Counted from the first letter of the stretch, positions 46,834-57,062 are shown. The stretch is 64,000 bases of DNA from Clostridia bacterium (GCA_017411605.1 JAFQPR010000076.1:2328-66327); one strand, 5' to 3'. The notes: generated by a model from the letters alone, not told the origin. Made by a program: numbers and translations.

Positions 46834-47439
46834 ATGATGAAAAAATCACCTATTCTTAATGTACCGAATATTCTCTCGTTTGTCAGAGTTCTTCTCGTTC
46901 CCGCATTCGTTGCTTCGATCCTCTTTATGAAGGATATCGAGGTATGGGGATTTATCGTGCCCGCAGTAGTTTACGCGCTTACAGCGCTCACCGATATGCT
47001 TGACGGTAAAATTGCAAGAAAGTACGGTCTTGTTACCGACTTTGGTAAGTTTATCGACCCGCTTGCAGATAAGTTCATGGTGCTCGGTTCTATGCTCGCT
47101 ATTCTTGCATGGATGTTTGAGCGTGGACAGAGAGTTCAGGGACTTGTATTCGTTTGGCTCGTTCTTATTCTTCTTTTCCGCGAGCTGGCAGTAACCAGTC
47201 TTCGTCTTGTAGTTGCGGGCAAAAAGGTCAAGGTAGACCTTGCCGCAAATATGATGGGTAAGCTTAAGACCGTATCTCAGATGGTAGGTACAGTGCTTAT
47301 CATCATCGAGCCTCTCCTCTTTGGTGATAATCACGTAATGTCTTACATCTGCATGGGTATTATGGCATTTACGACAATTGTTTCGGGATGGAATTATCTT
47401 ATGGGATATCTTCCTCATATCGTATCAGCGGACGAATAA
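46834..47439 (+). CDS. pgsA: CDP-diacylglycerol--glycerol-3-phosphate 3-phosphatidyltransferase
   Basis: CDP-alcohol phosphatidyltransferase motif D(M)LDGKIAR....T.FGKFIDPLADK. Confidence 0.9.
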   Translation: MMKKSPILNVPNILSFVRVLLVPAFVASILFMKDIEVWGFIVPAVVYALTALTDMLDGKIARKYGLVTDFGKFIDPLADKFMVLGSMLAILAWMFERGQRVQGLVFVWLVLILLFRELAVTSLRLVVAGKKVKVDLAANMMGKLKTVSQMVGTVLIIIEPLLFGDNHVMSYICMGIMAFTTIVSGWNYLMGYLPHIVSADE

Positions 47440-47453
47440 TAACTTTTTGATTT

Positions 47454-47501
47454 AAAGCGGTATTTCGATTTCATTATGAATTGAATGCCGCTTATTTTTT
47501 T
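47454..47501 (+). terminator. Intrinsic terminator of pgsA
   Basis: AAGCGGTATT ... AATGCCGCTT stem followed by ATTTTTTTT. Confidence 0.7.
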
Positions 47502-47555
47502 CAAGTATACACTATCCTTGTGTTTTATAAGCTTTTATGACAGAAAGGGAAGAAT

Positions 47556-49841
47556 ATGGCGCAACTGACGTTAAAAGATATAGGTAAGATTTACGTATCC
47601 GATGGGAATGTTGCCGTTGGAATACGCGGTGTCAATTTATCGTTTGACCGCGGCGAGTTTGTAGCAATAACGGGAAAATCCGGCTCGGGTAAATCAACAC
47701 TTTTGAACGTAATCAGCGGAATGGACTCGTATGAGGAAGGTGAGCTTTATATTGAAGGTCAGCCAACCTCTCATTATCTTGAGTCGGATCTTGAGGAATA
47801 CAGAGAAAAGTACATATCGTTCATTTTTCAGGATTACAACATAATAGAAAGCTTTACTGTTTTGCAAAACGTAGAGCTTGCGCTTATGCATATTGAGGAT
47901 AAAAATGAGCGGCGCAAAAGAGCGGTGGAGCTTATTGACCGAGTAGGACTTTCGTCGCATATGAAGCATAAGGGAAGTAAGCTTTCCGGCGGTCAGAAGC
48001 AAAGAACGGTTATTGCGCGCTCTCTCGCAAAGGATAGCCCTATAATCCTTGCCGATGAGCCGACGGGAAATCTCGACTCTGCTACGTCAAAAGAGATATT
48101 GAAGCTTCTTTACGAGGTGTCTCACGATAAGCTTGTAATAGTTGTTACACATAATTTTGAGCAGGTTGAAGAGTATGCAACGAGGCATATAAGAATTTTT
48201 GACGGTGCAGTAGAGTTTGACCATACTTTAAAAGCTCCTGAAATTATTTCCGGTTATTCCGAGGATACACGAAAAGATAAAGAAAATTCGAAAAAAACTA
48301 AAAAAAGTTGGGTTAAAAACGGTTTGGCGCTCGGCAGAGCTATTTTTACAGCAAAACCTAAGCTTTCGCTGTTCTTATGCTTGCTAATGCTCATAGGAAC
48401 TATGGGTATATTTTTCGTGGCAGCGCTTTCGGGAGAGGCAACGGCGGAGCTGAATCCGTCTTATATGTTTAATCATATTGACGGCAGAGTTGTTCTCACT
48501 AAGCAGAGCGGAGAAATTATTACAGATGATGAGCTTGCGAAGCTGGTAACCGATCTGGGTGCGGAAAGCTTTTTGCATTACGATCAGCTGCTTGACGAAA
48601 GTATGAATCAGCAGGTGATTATTCCGAGTGCGGATTCGGAATATGCAGACGCCTTCCTTATGGCGCACTCTACCTACGGAAAAAGCTACGGTGATAAGGT
48701 TATAGGCAGATATCCCGAGTCAAAGGACGAGGTGCTTCTGTATTTACCGATTTCTTATCAGCCGGAGCTGGGTAAGGAGAGTCTTAAGGTATCCAATATA
48801 ATTATTGGAAGAACTGTGTATAAGCTTGTCGGCGTAAAATATTATTACGACAACAATATTGACCCGGAGTGTCTATTTACCGATGAGGGCTTTCGATTTG
48901 CCACGGCTGTTCATTTTCTTGTAGGCTATTCCGATATGAGATTCAAGATATCGCTGAAATCAGAAGGAGATGAGCCCGAAAAAATCTTTAACGCGCACAC
49001 GATGATTCCGTCGTTTGATATGCCTGCGGATAAAATTTACGTAGGATTGACAAGCTATAATATGTCGGTTAACAACAATATAGCTTCAGGAACAGAATAT
49101 ACTGCCGAAGCGTCCTTTGTTGCAAATTACTACAGGTATAATTACATTAATGGCATAACCAGGTATTATTCGTTTGAAAGAGATTTCAAAAACGACGAAA
49201 TAACCAACGTCCTCCCCGAATTTAACGGATATGAGCTCCTGCTTCCGAGTGAAGCTATAATTATTAGTGATGAGATTATTTGCGAAATAGCAGAAAACGT
49301 ATTGAAGAATTCCTACGTTCAGGCATCTATCTTCTTTAAGGACGATAATGCGGCGAAAAAAGCCGTTTCCGCGCTTCAGGACAGAGGATATATTGCAGTT
49401 GTTTCTGATACTACTTATGAGGTTGGTTCGGATGATGCTATGTCATCATTGCTGGGATGCGTGCTTATGATAGCGGCATTTATTGCTGCAGTTGTTTTTC
49501 TTGCGTTCTTTATCACGCTTTGTTCCTCGCGTGCGCTTGAAGCCTTTAGAGAAGATATAGCTATTATGCGCTCTATGGGTATTCAGGTTAAGGTTATTCG
49601 CATAGGTATGTATGTGAGGATGCTGCTCTCATTAATACCCGCATTCATAATTGTGGCAATTACAGCTATTCTTATCTTTACATCACCAAAGTTCAATGAG
49701 TATTTCACCTACTTGTACGCTTGGCAGTATGCCGTTATTATCATAGGTATGGTAGCTCTTACTCTTAAAACGACGCACAATCAGATACGCCGACTTTTCG
49801 GTAAGAGTGTCAAGAAATCCTTGAGAGGAGGCGATGTATAA
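47556..49841 (+). CDS. Fused ABC ATPase plus FtsX-type permease (MacB-like architecture)
   Basis: Walker A GKSGSGKST, LSGGQKQR, ILADEPTGNLD and VTHN. This is followed by a TM helix, a large extracytoplasmic domain and 3 C-terminal TM helices. Confidence 0.85.
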   Translation: MAQLTLKDIGKIYVSDGNVAVGIRGVNLSFDRGEFVAITGKSGSGKSTLLNVISGMDSYEEGELYIEGQPTSHYLESDLEEYREKYISFIFQDYNIIESFTVLQNVELALMHIEDKNERRKRAVELIDRVGLSSHMKHKGSKLSGGQKQRTVIARSLAKDSPIILADEPTGNLDSATSKEILKLLYEVSHDKLVIVVTHNFEQVEEYATRHIRIFDGAVEFDHTLKAPEIISGYSEDTRKDKENSKKTKKSWVKNGLALGRAIFTAKPKLSLFLCLLMLIGTMGIFFVAALSGEATAELNPSYMFNHIDGRVVLTKQSGEIITDDELAKLVTDLGAESFLHYDQLLDESMNQQVIIPSADSEYADAFLMAHSTYGKSYGDKVIGRYPESKDEVLLYLPISYQPELGKESLKVSNIIIGRTVYKLVGVKYYYDNNIDPECLFTDEGFRFATAVHFLVGYSDMRFKISLKSEGDEPEKIFNAHTMIPSFDMPADKIYVGLTSYNMSVNNNIASGTEYTAEASFVANYYRYNYINGITRYYSFERDFKNDEITNVLPEFNGYELLLPSEAIIISDEIICEIAENVLKNSYVQASIFFKDDNAAKKAVSALQDRGYIAVVSDTTYEVGSDDAMSSLLGCVLMIAAFIAAVVFLAFFITLCSSRALEAFREDIAIMRSMGIQVKVIRIGMYVRMLLSLIPAFIIVAITAILIFTSPKFNEYFTYLYAWQYAVIIIGMVALTLKTTHNQIRRLFGKSVKKSLRGGDV

Positions 49842-52800
49842 TGATTCGTATTCAGGGACTGCATAAGTTTTATAACAAGGGACGGCAAAACGAAATCCAC
49901 GTAATCGATGATATAAGTCTTGAGCTTCCCGAAAGAGGTATGGTTGCTATTTTCGATAAAAGCGGTTGCGGAAAGACAACACTTCTTAACGTTATAGGCG
50001 GTCTTGATAAATTTTCGGAAGGTACTCTGACAGTTGATGGCGAGGATATAACGGTTAATACCGATGATATACGCAACCGTTATATTGGATACATATTTCA
50101 GAATTACAATCTTAACAAGGCAGAATCCTGCTTTGACAATATAGCGGATGCGTTAAGACTTTGCGGAATGACTGATCTTGACGAAATAGAACTGCGTGTA
50201 AATGCCGCGCTCAAAAACGTCGGTATGGAAAAATACGCAAAACGCACGCCCGATACACTTTCGGGCGGTCAGCAGCAGCGTATAGCCATTGCTCGTGCGA
50301 TAGTAAAAAATCCTCGGATCATTCTTGCCGACGAGCCTACGGGGAACCTTGACGAAGCCAATACTGTGATGATTATGGACTTGCTTAAAGCAGTTGCTGA
50401 GAATCATCTGGTGCTGCTTGTGACTCATGAGGCAAATCTTGTTAATTATTATTGTGATAAAGTAATAGAGCTTCAGGACGGAAAGGTTATCAGTACAAGA
50501 GATAATGATTCCGCCAACGGATTTACCTCACGTGATAAAAACGATATTTATCTCGATGAATTTGAGAAAAGCGAAATAAAGGGTACGCCTGCCGAAATAG
50601 AGTATTACGGAGATATACCCGATCAACCGATAAAGCTGAAAATCATTAATTATAGCGGGAAAATATACGTAGATTTCGGTACGTCAAAGGTTCATGTAAT
50701 AGACGGCTCGGGCGAGGTCAGGCTGAGAGAGGGCGTTTATCGGGAAAAAACGAACGAAGAAGCTAAGGGCAGTGAAATCGATATGTCAAAGCTGCCTGCT
50801 GTTAAGGGTAGCAGATTTGGAAAGCTCTTTACCTTAAGATCGTCAATCAAAAGCGGGTATTTCTTAAACTTCAATAAAAGAAAATACGGTAAGGCTGTTC
50901 TTCGCGTATGTATGAGCCTTTTTGCGGCCGTTGTGGTTTTAATGAGCGCAGTTTTCGGAACGGCTTTCAGAGATCTTATAAACGTGCATAATTCATATAA
51001 TCATAATGTATTTTACGTATATACGAAGAATGGCGAGATATCCTCAAAATTAAAAGATTCTTTGGGAAAAGATGACACGGGTATAGATTATATCCGTTTA
51101 ACGCGACGCTATCCTACGGGAGATGAGTACGTATATTTCAGAACGGGAAGCTTCGAATCCTTTGAAGCGTATGATTACGTTAACAACTTCAGAACAAACG
51201 CCGTTTATCTCGGTATAGACCTGGCAAAGGACATGAAGCTTGCGGAGGGAAAAAAGGATAATTTATCAGGTGGTGAAATCCTTATTTCCACAAAGGTAGC
51301 GGATGAGTTGCTTGAAAAATCAACGCTTGGATATATTACGGAGTATAGAGATCTTATAGGTCTTACATCCGATATGTTTACGATAGATGGCATAAGTCCA
51401 CGCATAGTAGGCATAGTTGAAGCAAATGAACCTGCAATCTATATGACCGATATGGATATGGCAAAGTACATTCGCAATATGGGCTCACCTTCTCTTACTT
51501 CGTTAGATCTGGATTTCGGTATAGATGTTGCAAGCGGAGAAGCGGTTCTTGCTGTAAAAACGGAACGCAGTGATCTGCCAGAAATCGGCGAAACTATAAA
51601 AATCCAGGGCAGAGACGTTAAAGTCAAGGATATCAAATATTACTATCCGACTTACGAGCTTTGGCTTAAAGGTAATTCAATTGAGAAATTTGATTCGGAA
51701 ACATATTTTTCCGATATTGTTAAAAAAGAAAACCCCGAATTAACTGAGGGCTCGGACGAATTCAAAGCTGCCATCGAGGAGCTTTCGTCAAATCGTATAT
51801 TTGAATATTTCGACTATTACTATTCCGAGGTAGATAGCTTCTACCGTGACTATTACTTCTTTGAGCCGAATTATACAGAGGTGTTTCTTTATGTAAAAAA
51901 AGGCGTTGACGTGGCAAAATTCGCGCTTTTGCCCGAGGTGTACTATCAAGCTAGCGTATACAAAGAGATGTACGGAAAATATCCTACCAATGCAGAGCTT
52001 GCAGCTGCGATTGACAGTATTCCGTTGTACATAAATGCGCTGGACGAGTACAGAGCCCTTTACGAAGAAGAGCTCTATATGAATAACAATAATTCGACGG
52101 AATTCAACATTAACACTTACATAGTCGATGAGGAAGACTATCTCGCCTTCTCAAAGCAGCTTGGTGAAACTCACAGTAGCGCTGTTGAACCCAAAAGAAA
52201 CAGCTCTGCTTCTTCTGCCGAAGGCGACAGCGCGGCGGAAATCCTTTCTGCAGAAAGAGATGTAGAAGTGGAAAGTGATAAGGGATATTATGACTTCGGA
52301 CATTATTACACGGTAATCCATTCAAACGATCCGGCAAAAACGGAAGCATGGCTATCAAGCGAATTTGCAACTTTGGAAACTCCGGATGTATACAGCGTGG
52401 CGATGCTGATGCCGAATGATGTGTATGACGAGCTTATGAGAGAAAAGACGGCTGATATTGTAAAAAAAATTGTTGCTCTTTCTTTGATGCTCGTTCTTAT
52501 GAGTGTTTGTATGTATTTCATTATGCGCTCGTCGCTTATGATCCGTATTAAAGAAATCGGCATATACCGCGCAATCGGAGTGTCAAAGAAAAATATAGTA
52601 TTCAGATTCTTTATCGAATCGGCAGTATTTGCAACCTTGACGGTCCTGATAGGATATTTGCTTACAAGCATATTTATCGCGCTTTGCCTCGGTATGTCGT
52701 CACTTGTAGCAGATGTATTCTACTATCCTCTTTGGCTTGCGGGTGCTGTGCTTGGAATTCTTTACGCGGTAAGCATATTCTTTGGAATTCTTCCGGTTAT

Positions 52801-52852
52801 TTCGCTTCTTCGTAAGACCCCCAGTGAGATACTTTCTAAGTACGATATATAG
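49841..52852 (+). CDS. Fused ABC ATPase plus FtsX-type permease with an atypical Walker A motif
   Basis: DKSGCGKTT in place of GxxGxGK[ST], with LSGGQQQR, ILADEPTGNLD and VTHE intact. Very large extracytoplasmic domain. TAATG junction with the upstream gene and GAGAGGAGG SD. Confidence 0.85.
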   Translation: MIRIQGLHKFYNKGRQNEIHVIDDISLELPERGMVAIFDKSGCGKTTLLNVIGGLDKFSEGTLTVDGEDITVNTDDIRNRYIGYIFQNYNLNKAESCFDNIADALRLCGMTDLDEIELRVNAALKNVGMEKYAKRTPDTLSGGQQQRIAIARAIVKNPRIILADEPTGNLDEANTVMIMDLLKAVAENHLVLLVTHEANLVNYYCDKVIELQDGKVISTRDNDSANGFTSRDKNDIYLDEFEKSEIKGTPAEIEYYGDIPDQPIKLKIINYSGKIYVDFGTSKVHVIDGSGEVRLREGVYREKTNEEAKGSEIDMSKLPAVKGSRFGKLFTLRSSIKSGYFLNFNKRKYGKAVLRVCMSLFAAVVVLMSAVFGTAFRDLINVHNSYNHNVFYVYTKNGEISSKLKDSLGKDDTGIDYIRLTRRYPTGDEYVYFRTGSFESFEAYDYVNNFRTNAVYLGIDLAKDMKLAEGKKDNLSGGEILISTKVADELLEKSTLGYITEYRDLIGLTSDMFTIDGISPRIVGIVEANEPAIYMTDMDMAKYIRNMGSPSLTSLDLDFGIDVASGEAVLAVKTERSDLPEIGETIKIQGRDVKVKDIKYYYPTYELWLKGNSIEKFDSETYFSDIVKKENPELTEGSDEFKAAIEELSSNRIFEYFDYYYSEVDSFYRDYYFFEPNYTEVFLYVKKGVDVAKFALLPEVYYQASVYKEMYGKYPTNAELAAAIDSIPLYINALDEYRALYEEELYMNNNNSTEFNINTYIVDEEDYLAFSKQLGETHSSAVEPKRNSSASSAEGDSAAEILSAERDVEVESDKGYYDFGHYYTVIHSNDPAKTEAWLSSEFATLETPDVYSVAMLMPNDVYDELMREKTADIVKKIVALSLMLVLMSVCMYFIMRSSLMIRIKEIGIYRAIGVSKKNIVFRFFIESAVFATLTVLIGYLLTSIFIALCLGMSSLVADVFYYPLWLAGAVLGILYAVSIFFGILPVISLLRKTPSEILSKYDI

Positions 52853-52882
52853 GCAGGAAATACAGTATTTAGGATAAAAATG

Positions 52883-52926
52883 AGCCACCGCAATTCACTT
52901 TAACGTGTTTTGCGATGGCTTTTTTG
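52883..52926. terminator. Bidirectional terminator between the ABC genes and the convergent M23 peptidase gene
   Basis: AGCCACCGCAA ... TTGCGATGGCT (11 bp with one mismatch), flanked by an A-run and a T-run. Confidence 0.7.
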
Positions 52927-52973
52927 ATTAATATAATTTTTTGTTTAAGCAAAAAAGTGGTAAAGTATAAATC

Positions 52974-53684
52974 TTAGCTGTCGTTCTCTTCGTTACCCGA
53001 TACTATACCGAGAGATGCGAGCTTAGATTCCTCGGTGAAATAATCGAGAGGGTTGACGCTCTCACCGCTGACCTTCATCTCGAAGTGAAGATGAGGCTCA
53101 TCAGCGAGCTCGGAAATTGTTGTATCTCCGACGTATCCGATAGTATCACCCTGCTTTACGTTATCTCCTACCTTGTGTAGAGCCGTGTCCTTTTCAAGGT
53201 TGGAGTAATAGCTCTTATGCGTATCACTGTGAGTGATCTCGATTGTTTGTCCAAGCATAGGATCGTTGTATACTCCGGTCACCTCGCCGTCACAAACCGC
53301 GAAAACAGAAGCTCCATCCTCTGTGGAAATGTCGATGCCGGTATGAATACGCCATTCGTCGAGCGTGTTTGAGAACACGGGCGTTGTGGTGCTGTGGGAT
53401 TTATAAACAGTACCGCTTGTGGGGCAAACGAAGGTAAGAGTAGGCTTTACGTTTTCGTTTTCATTTTCGTTACCGCCGTCGTTTGAGCCGTCATTCTCGT
53501 TATCTCCACCGGGGGTTGTACCGTCGGAAACGGGAGGATTCGTGTCAGTGTCCGAAGGTCTTTTTCTGTTGTTTGAAGCAACGATACCGATCACTATTGC
53601 GCTTACGCATAGAATTGCAATAACCGTGAGGTAAACGATTTTGGAAACTGCATTTTTGTCGCTGAACTTGATTTTCTTTTCCAT
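52974..53684 (-). CDS. Membrane-anchored M23 (LytM) family metallopeptidase
   Basis: N-terminal TM helix and a D/G/N-rich spacer, then HTGIDIS ... GD.IGYVG.T ... PHLHFE (M23 zinc ligands). Confidence 0.9.
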   Translation of the reverse strand: MEKKIKFSDKNAVSKIVYLTVIAILCVSAIVIGIVASNNRKRPSDTDTNPPVSDGTTPGGDNENDGSNDGGNENENENVKPTLTFVCPTSGTVYKSHSTTTPVFSNTLDEWRIHTGIDISTEDGASVFAVCDGEVTGVYNDPMLGQTIEITHSDTHKSYYSNLEKDTALHKVGDNVKQGDTIGYVGDTTISELADEPHLHFEMKVSGESVNPLDYFTEESKLASLGIVSGNEENDS

Positions 53685-53840
53685 TTTGAATTAAACTTTC
53701 CTTTCATATGAAATGCTGTTTGTATTTTCCACATAAAGCAGGGAAGTTATTCATAGAAAGAAAAAATTTTTGATTATTCGGTCATACTTTACGGTAAATG
53801 CCATTTAAATACAAAACTTAAGTAAATTATTCGAATAATC

Positions 53841-53869
53841 TTGATTTTTGACGCAATATATGGTAGAAT
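53841..53869 (+). promoter_or_regulatory. Candidate promoter of hom
   Basis: TTGATT, 17-nt spacer, TAGAAT, preceded by TGg (extended -10). Confidence 0.45.
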
Positions 53870-53902
53870 TGTGATATTATTTTTAAAAAAGAGGAAAATG
53901 AA

Positions 53903-55099
53903 ATGACAAATATAGCTATTCTTGGCTTTGGCGTAGTCGGAAGCGGCGTTGCAAAGCTTATAACGGATAATAAGAATGAAGTAACGAAGCTCGGCGGTGA
54001 TGATATAAATATCAAATACGTGCTCGATCTTCGCGATTTTCCCGATTCTCCCTTTGCTGACCGTGTTATCCACGATTATTCGGCAATAGTAAACGATCCC
54101 GATGTATCGGTAGTGATCGAGGTTATGGGCGGCAGCCACCCGGCATATGAATATACCGTAGCGGCGCTTAAAGCGGGAAAAAGCGTTATCACTTCAAATA
54201 AAGAGGTTGTCGCGAATTTTGGCGATGAGTTTTTGGCTCTTGCGAAGGAAAATGGGGTTTGCTACCGTTTTGAGGCGGCTGTCGGCGGTGGTATTCCCGT
54301 TATCTCTCCAATGATATCCTGCATAGGGCAGAATAAGATAACCGAGGTAAGAGGTATACTTAACGGTACCACAAACTACATTTTAACTCAGATGTTTACT
54401 TACGGTCAGAGCTTTGACTCAGCGCTTCGCGATGCGCAGAAGAAGGGTTATGCCGAGAGCAATCCCGATGCTGATATCCTCGGCACCGATGCTTGCAGAA
54501 AGACAGCTATTCTCACCGCGCTTATATCGGGCAAGCTTTTGCCCACCTCAAAAATTCATACCGAAGGAATAACCAAGATCCGCGATAACGACGTCAGCGC
54601 GGCATCAAAGATGGGCGCAACCATAAAGCTTGTCGGCAGAGGAATAAGCAAGGACGGTGAGCTCTTTGCCATGGTTGCTCCGTTTATCGTTTCCGGAGGA
54701 ATGCCTCTTTCCGGTGTAAGCGGTGTTTATAATGCGGTTGAGGTCATAGCAGATCCTCTTGGAAACGTTATGTTCTACGGTCAGGGCGCAGGCGCGGGCG
54801 CAACCGCATCGGCGGTAGTCGGAGATCTTATGCAGGTAATGACTAGCGGAACGAACTGCAGCGCACCTGTTTTCAAGAAGTGTGAGGATATGCTTTCGTT
54901 TGACGAATTTTCGTCAAAGCATTATCTTGCGCTTTGTAAGGGATGCTACGGCAAGGTTATAGAGAAAATTCAGAACTGCACCGTTATAGAGAACGGAGAT
55001 GAGTATGCTGTTATAACTCCCGTGATATCCGAAGGAGAGCTTGCAAGTATTCTTGACGAGTTGGATATCACGCCTAAGTCACATATCAGAATTCTTTAA
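53903..55099 (+). CDS. hom: Homoserine dehydrogenase
   Basis: IAILGFGVVGSGV (NAD-binding site), SNKE, GILNGTTNYIL, A...GYAE.NP..D..G.DA, and a C-terminal ACT-like domain. Confidence 0.9.
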   Translation: MTNIAILGFGVVGSGVAKLITDNKNEVTKLGGDDINIKYVLDLRDFPDSPFADRVIHDYSAIVNDPDVSVVIEVMGGSHPAYEYTVAALKAGKSVITSNKEVVANFGDEFLALAKENGVCYRFEAAVGGGIPVISPMISCIGQNKITEVRGILNGTTNYILTQMFTYGQSFDSALRDAQKKGYAESNPDADILGTDACRKTAILTALISGKLLPTSKIHTEGITKIRDNDVSAASKMGATIKLVGRGISKDGELFAMVAPFIVSGGMPLSGVSGVYNAVEVIADPLGNVMFYGQGAGAGATASAVVGDLMQVMTSGTNCSAPVFKKCEDMLSFDEFSSKHYLALCKGCYGKVIEKIQNCTVIENGDEYAVITPVISEGELASILDELDITPKSHIRIL

Positions 55100-55114
55100 T
55101 ATATGCAAAGCGAT

Positions 55115-55150
55115 AAAAAGGATAGCCGAAAATTCAGCTATCCTTTTTTA
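55115..55150. terminator. Bidirectional terminator (hom / AGCS symporter)
   Basis: AAAAAGGATAGC-ccgaaaattca-GCTATCCTTTTT, a 12-bp perfect stem. It overlaps the symporter stop codon. Confidence 0.8.
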
Positions 55151-56436
55151 TCATTGCCAATTATAAGCTCGGAGATTTTTCTCCTTTTTCTCATCAACGT
55201 ATATAACGTTATAACAGATAGGAAGAATAAAACAGTATCATTTATAAATATCAACGAAGGTATTTCAAAAAATAGTCCGACCGCGAAGGAGGAAATAAAC
55301 AGAAAAGAAAAAATGCTCATAGATTTTCCTCGTGTCAGATATGAGAATGAAACTCGCCCATAATAATACCAGCAAAGAACTGTTGATATCGCAAAAGCCG
55401 TAACGGAAAAAGTAAGCAATGTGGAAGCTAATCGACCGATGTAGCCTTCAAAAATGGTTGATAATTCGCCTAAAGTTCCGTTGAAGGAGTCGATATCCGT
55501 TCCGAGCAATATGGCAAATGCCGTAAGAGGGCATAAAAGAAGCGTATCAAAAATGACCTCTAAAACCCCATAAAATGCAGCTCTCCGCGCATAATTATCA
55601 TCGTATAGATCTGCCTTTGCCGCAGTGTTTTTATCTTCTATATGTGACGTATGGGAAAAGGACGAAGTACCGGCTCCCGCCTCATTAGAAAGCAAACCGC
55701 GGGCAAATCCCTCTTTAATACCGCTTGAAATCAGAAAAGCGGAAACGCCGCCCGATAAAGCAGAGAAATTGAACGCTGAGGAGAGAATGCTTTTAATAAC
55801 TGCGGGAATTTTATTTGCTTCGGAAAAAATTATAAAAAGACAGCAGAATGAGTAAATGACTGTAGCTATGGGGATAACCGCAGCAACCGCATTTTTTATT
55901 TTTTTCTTTCCGGATACACAAACGGCGCAAGTAAATATAAATATTACCGCAAGCAAAGAAATGCGTATTTTTGCATCAAAGTTTTTTGTAGCATCCGAAA
56001 TTGCTTCGGCTTGTAAAAGCGACCCCATCGCGAACGAAAGAATAAGAGCGAGCGCCGCATATAGCTTTGGGAGTAAACCTTGATACGCACCCGAATCTTC
56101 TATGACACTTATAAAGCCCCATCCGCCTGTATGATAAGAAGAAAGACCCACCTCTGCATATTTTATCGCGGATGAGAAAAACGCTGACACGCAAAGCCAG
56201 AAAACACTTCCCGCGCCGCCTACGTAAATTCCAAATGCAACACCAACTATGTTTCCAACTCCAAGCGTTCCCGCTAATGCTAACAACAATGAAATAATAG
56301 AATTTTTGGTATTTTCTCCCGAAAATGCAAACTTTACTGTACGTATAGGGTGCAAAATATAAAAAAATCGAAGTTTTATGAGTATATATCCGCCGACTAG
56401 AATGATCATCAAAGGCAATAAAGAAAGCAAAGACAT
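55138..56436 (-). CDS. Alanine/glycine:cation symporter (AGCS family)
   Basis: ...ALAGTLGVGNIVGVA.....GG.G..FW is an AGCS signature, and the protein is polytopic. ATG 56436 is preceded by GGAGGA. The track ORF opens at 56457 with no SD. Confidence 0.85.
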   Translation of the reverse strand: MSLLSLLPLMIILVGGYILIKLRFFYILHPIRTVKFAFSGENTKNSIISLLLALAGTLGVGNIVGVAFGIYVGGAGSVFWLCVSAFFSSAIKYAEVGLSSYHTGGWGFISVIEDSGAYQGLLPKLYAALALILSFAMGSLLQAEAISDATKNFDAKIRISLLAVIFIFTCAVCVSGKKKIKNAVAAVIPIATVIYSFCCLFIIFSEANKIPAVIKSILSSAFNFSALSGGVSAFLISSGIKEGFARGLLSNEAGAGTSSFSHTSHIEDKNTAAKADLYDDNYARRAAFYGVLEVIFDTLLLCPLTAFAILLGTDIDSFNGTLGELSTIFEGYIGRLASTLLTFSVTAFAISTVLCWYYYGRVSFSYLTRGKSMSIFSFLFISSFAVGLFFEIPSLIFINDTVLFFLSVITLYTLMRKRRKISELIIGNDKKG

Positions 56437-56443
56437 AAAAAAT

Positions 56444-56480
56444 ATCCTCCGCAACATCTTATGCGGAGGATGCTCAAGTT
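56444..56480 (-). promoter_or_regulatory. Hairpin plus U-tract in the 32-nt VanZ-AGCS gap. The 3' arm contains the AGCS SD.
   Basis: Minus-strand RNA: AUCCUCCGC-auaagauguu-GCGGAGGAU followed by AUUUUUUAUG (the start codon). Confidence 0.5.
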
Positions 56481-56489
56481 ATGTTTTGA

Positions 56490-57062
56490 TTATATATAAT
56501 AGTCAATGTGCAGCAGTGTATTATAAATTGCGTACAATGAAAATGGAGTTGCAATAACGTTAACAATCGTACTTATAACGTTTACCGCATTGCCTTTAAG
56601 CTTACTGAATACTAAAAGGTATAGTAAGAGTCCTATCGCACCTCCCAGAGTGTTTGTTAAAAGATCACTGGAATCGAAGTAACCAATGGCTGTAATAAGC
56701 TGAAATACTTCAAAAAACAGCGTTGCGCCTATGAATGTCAATGCAGAATAAAGATATTTGTTTTTTGTGTAAAAATAAGGCAAAAGAATACCGAAAGGAA
56801 TAAAGGCGAGCACGTTGAGTGTATGATCGGAAGTAAAAGAGAATTCTTTGTTTTTAAATACGTTAAACATAGAGTATCCGGGAATGAGATTATTTCCGAT
56901 ACGCGCGCTGAACGGACGTGAAGTGAAATATTCCTTCATCTCGGGTACCCAAGAGCGGTTTACTTTGAAGACCACTATCCAGCATAGGATTATTAAAAAA
57001 TTTATAAGAGTTGCATATAAAAGTGCTCTGTTTGTATCCGAGGCTTTACGATATAGTTTCAT
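56490..57062 (-). CDS. VanZ-family membrane protein
   Basis: 4-5 TM helices with a ...SD.LLTNTLGGAIG motif typical of VanZ-like proteins. ATG 57062 is preceded by GGAG. The track ORF starts at TTG 57083. Confidence 0.7.
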   Translation of the reverse strand: MKLYRKASDTNRALLYATLINFLIILCWIVVFKVNRSWVPEMKEYFTSRPFSARIGNNLIPGYSMFNVFKNKEFSFTSDHTLNVLAFIPFGILLPYFYTKNKYLYSALTFIGATLFFEVFQLITAIGYFDSSDLLTNTLGGAIGLLLYLLVFSKLKGNAVNVISTIVNVIATPFSLYAIYNTLLHIDYYI

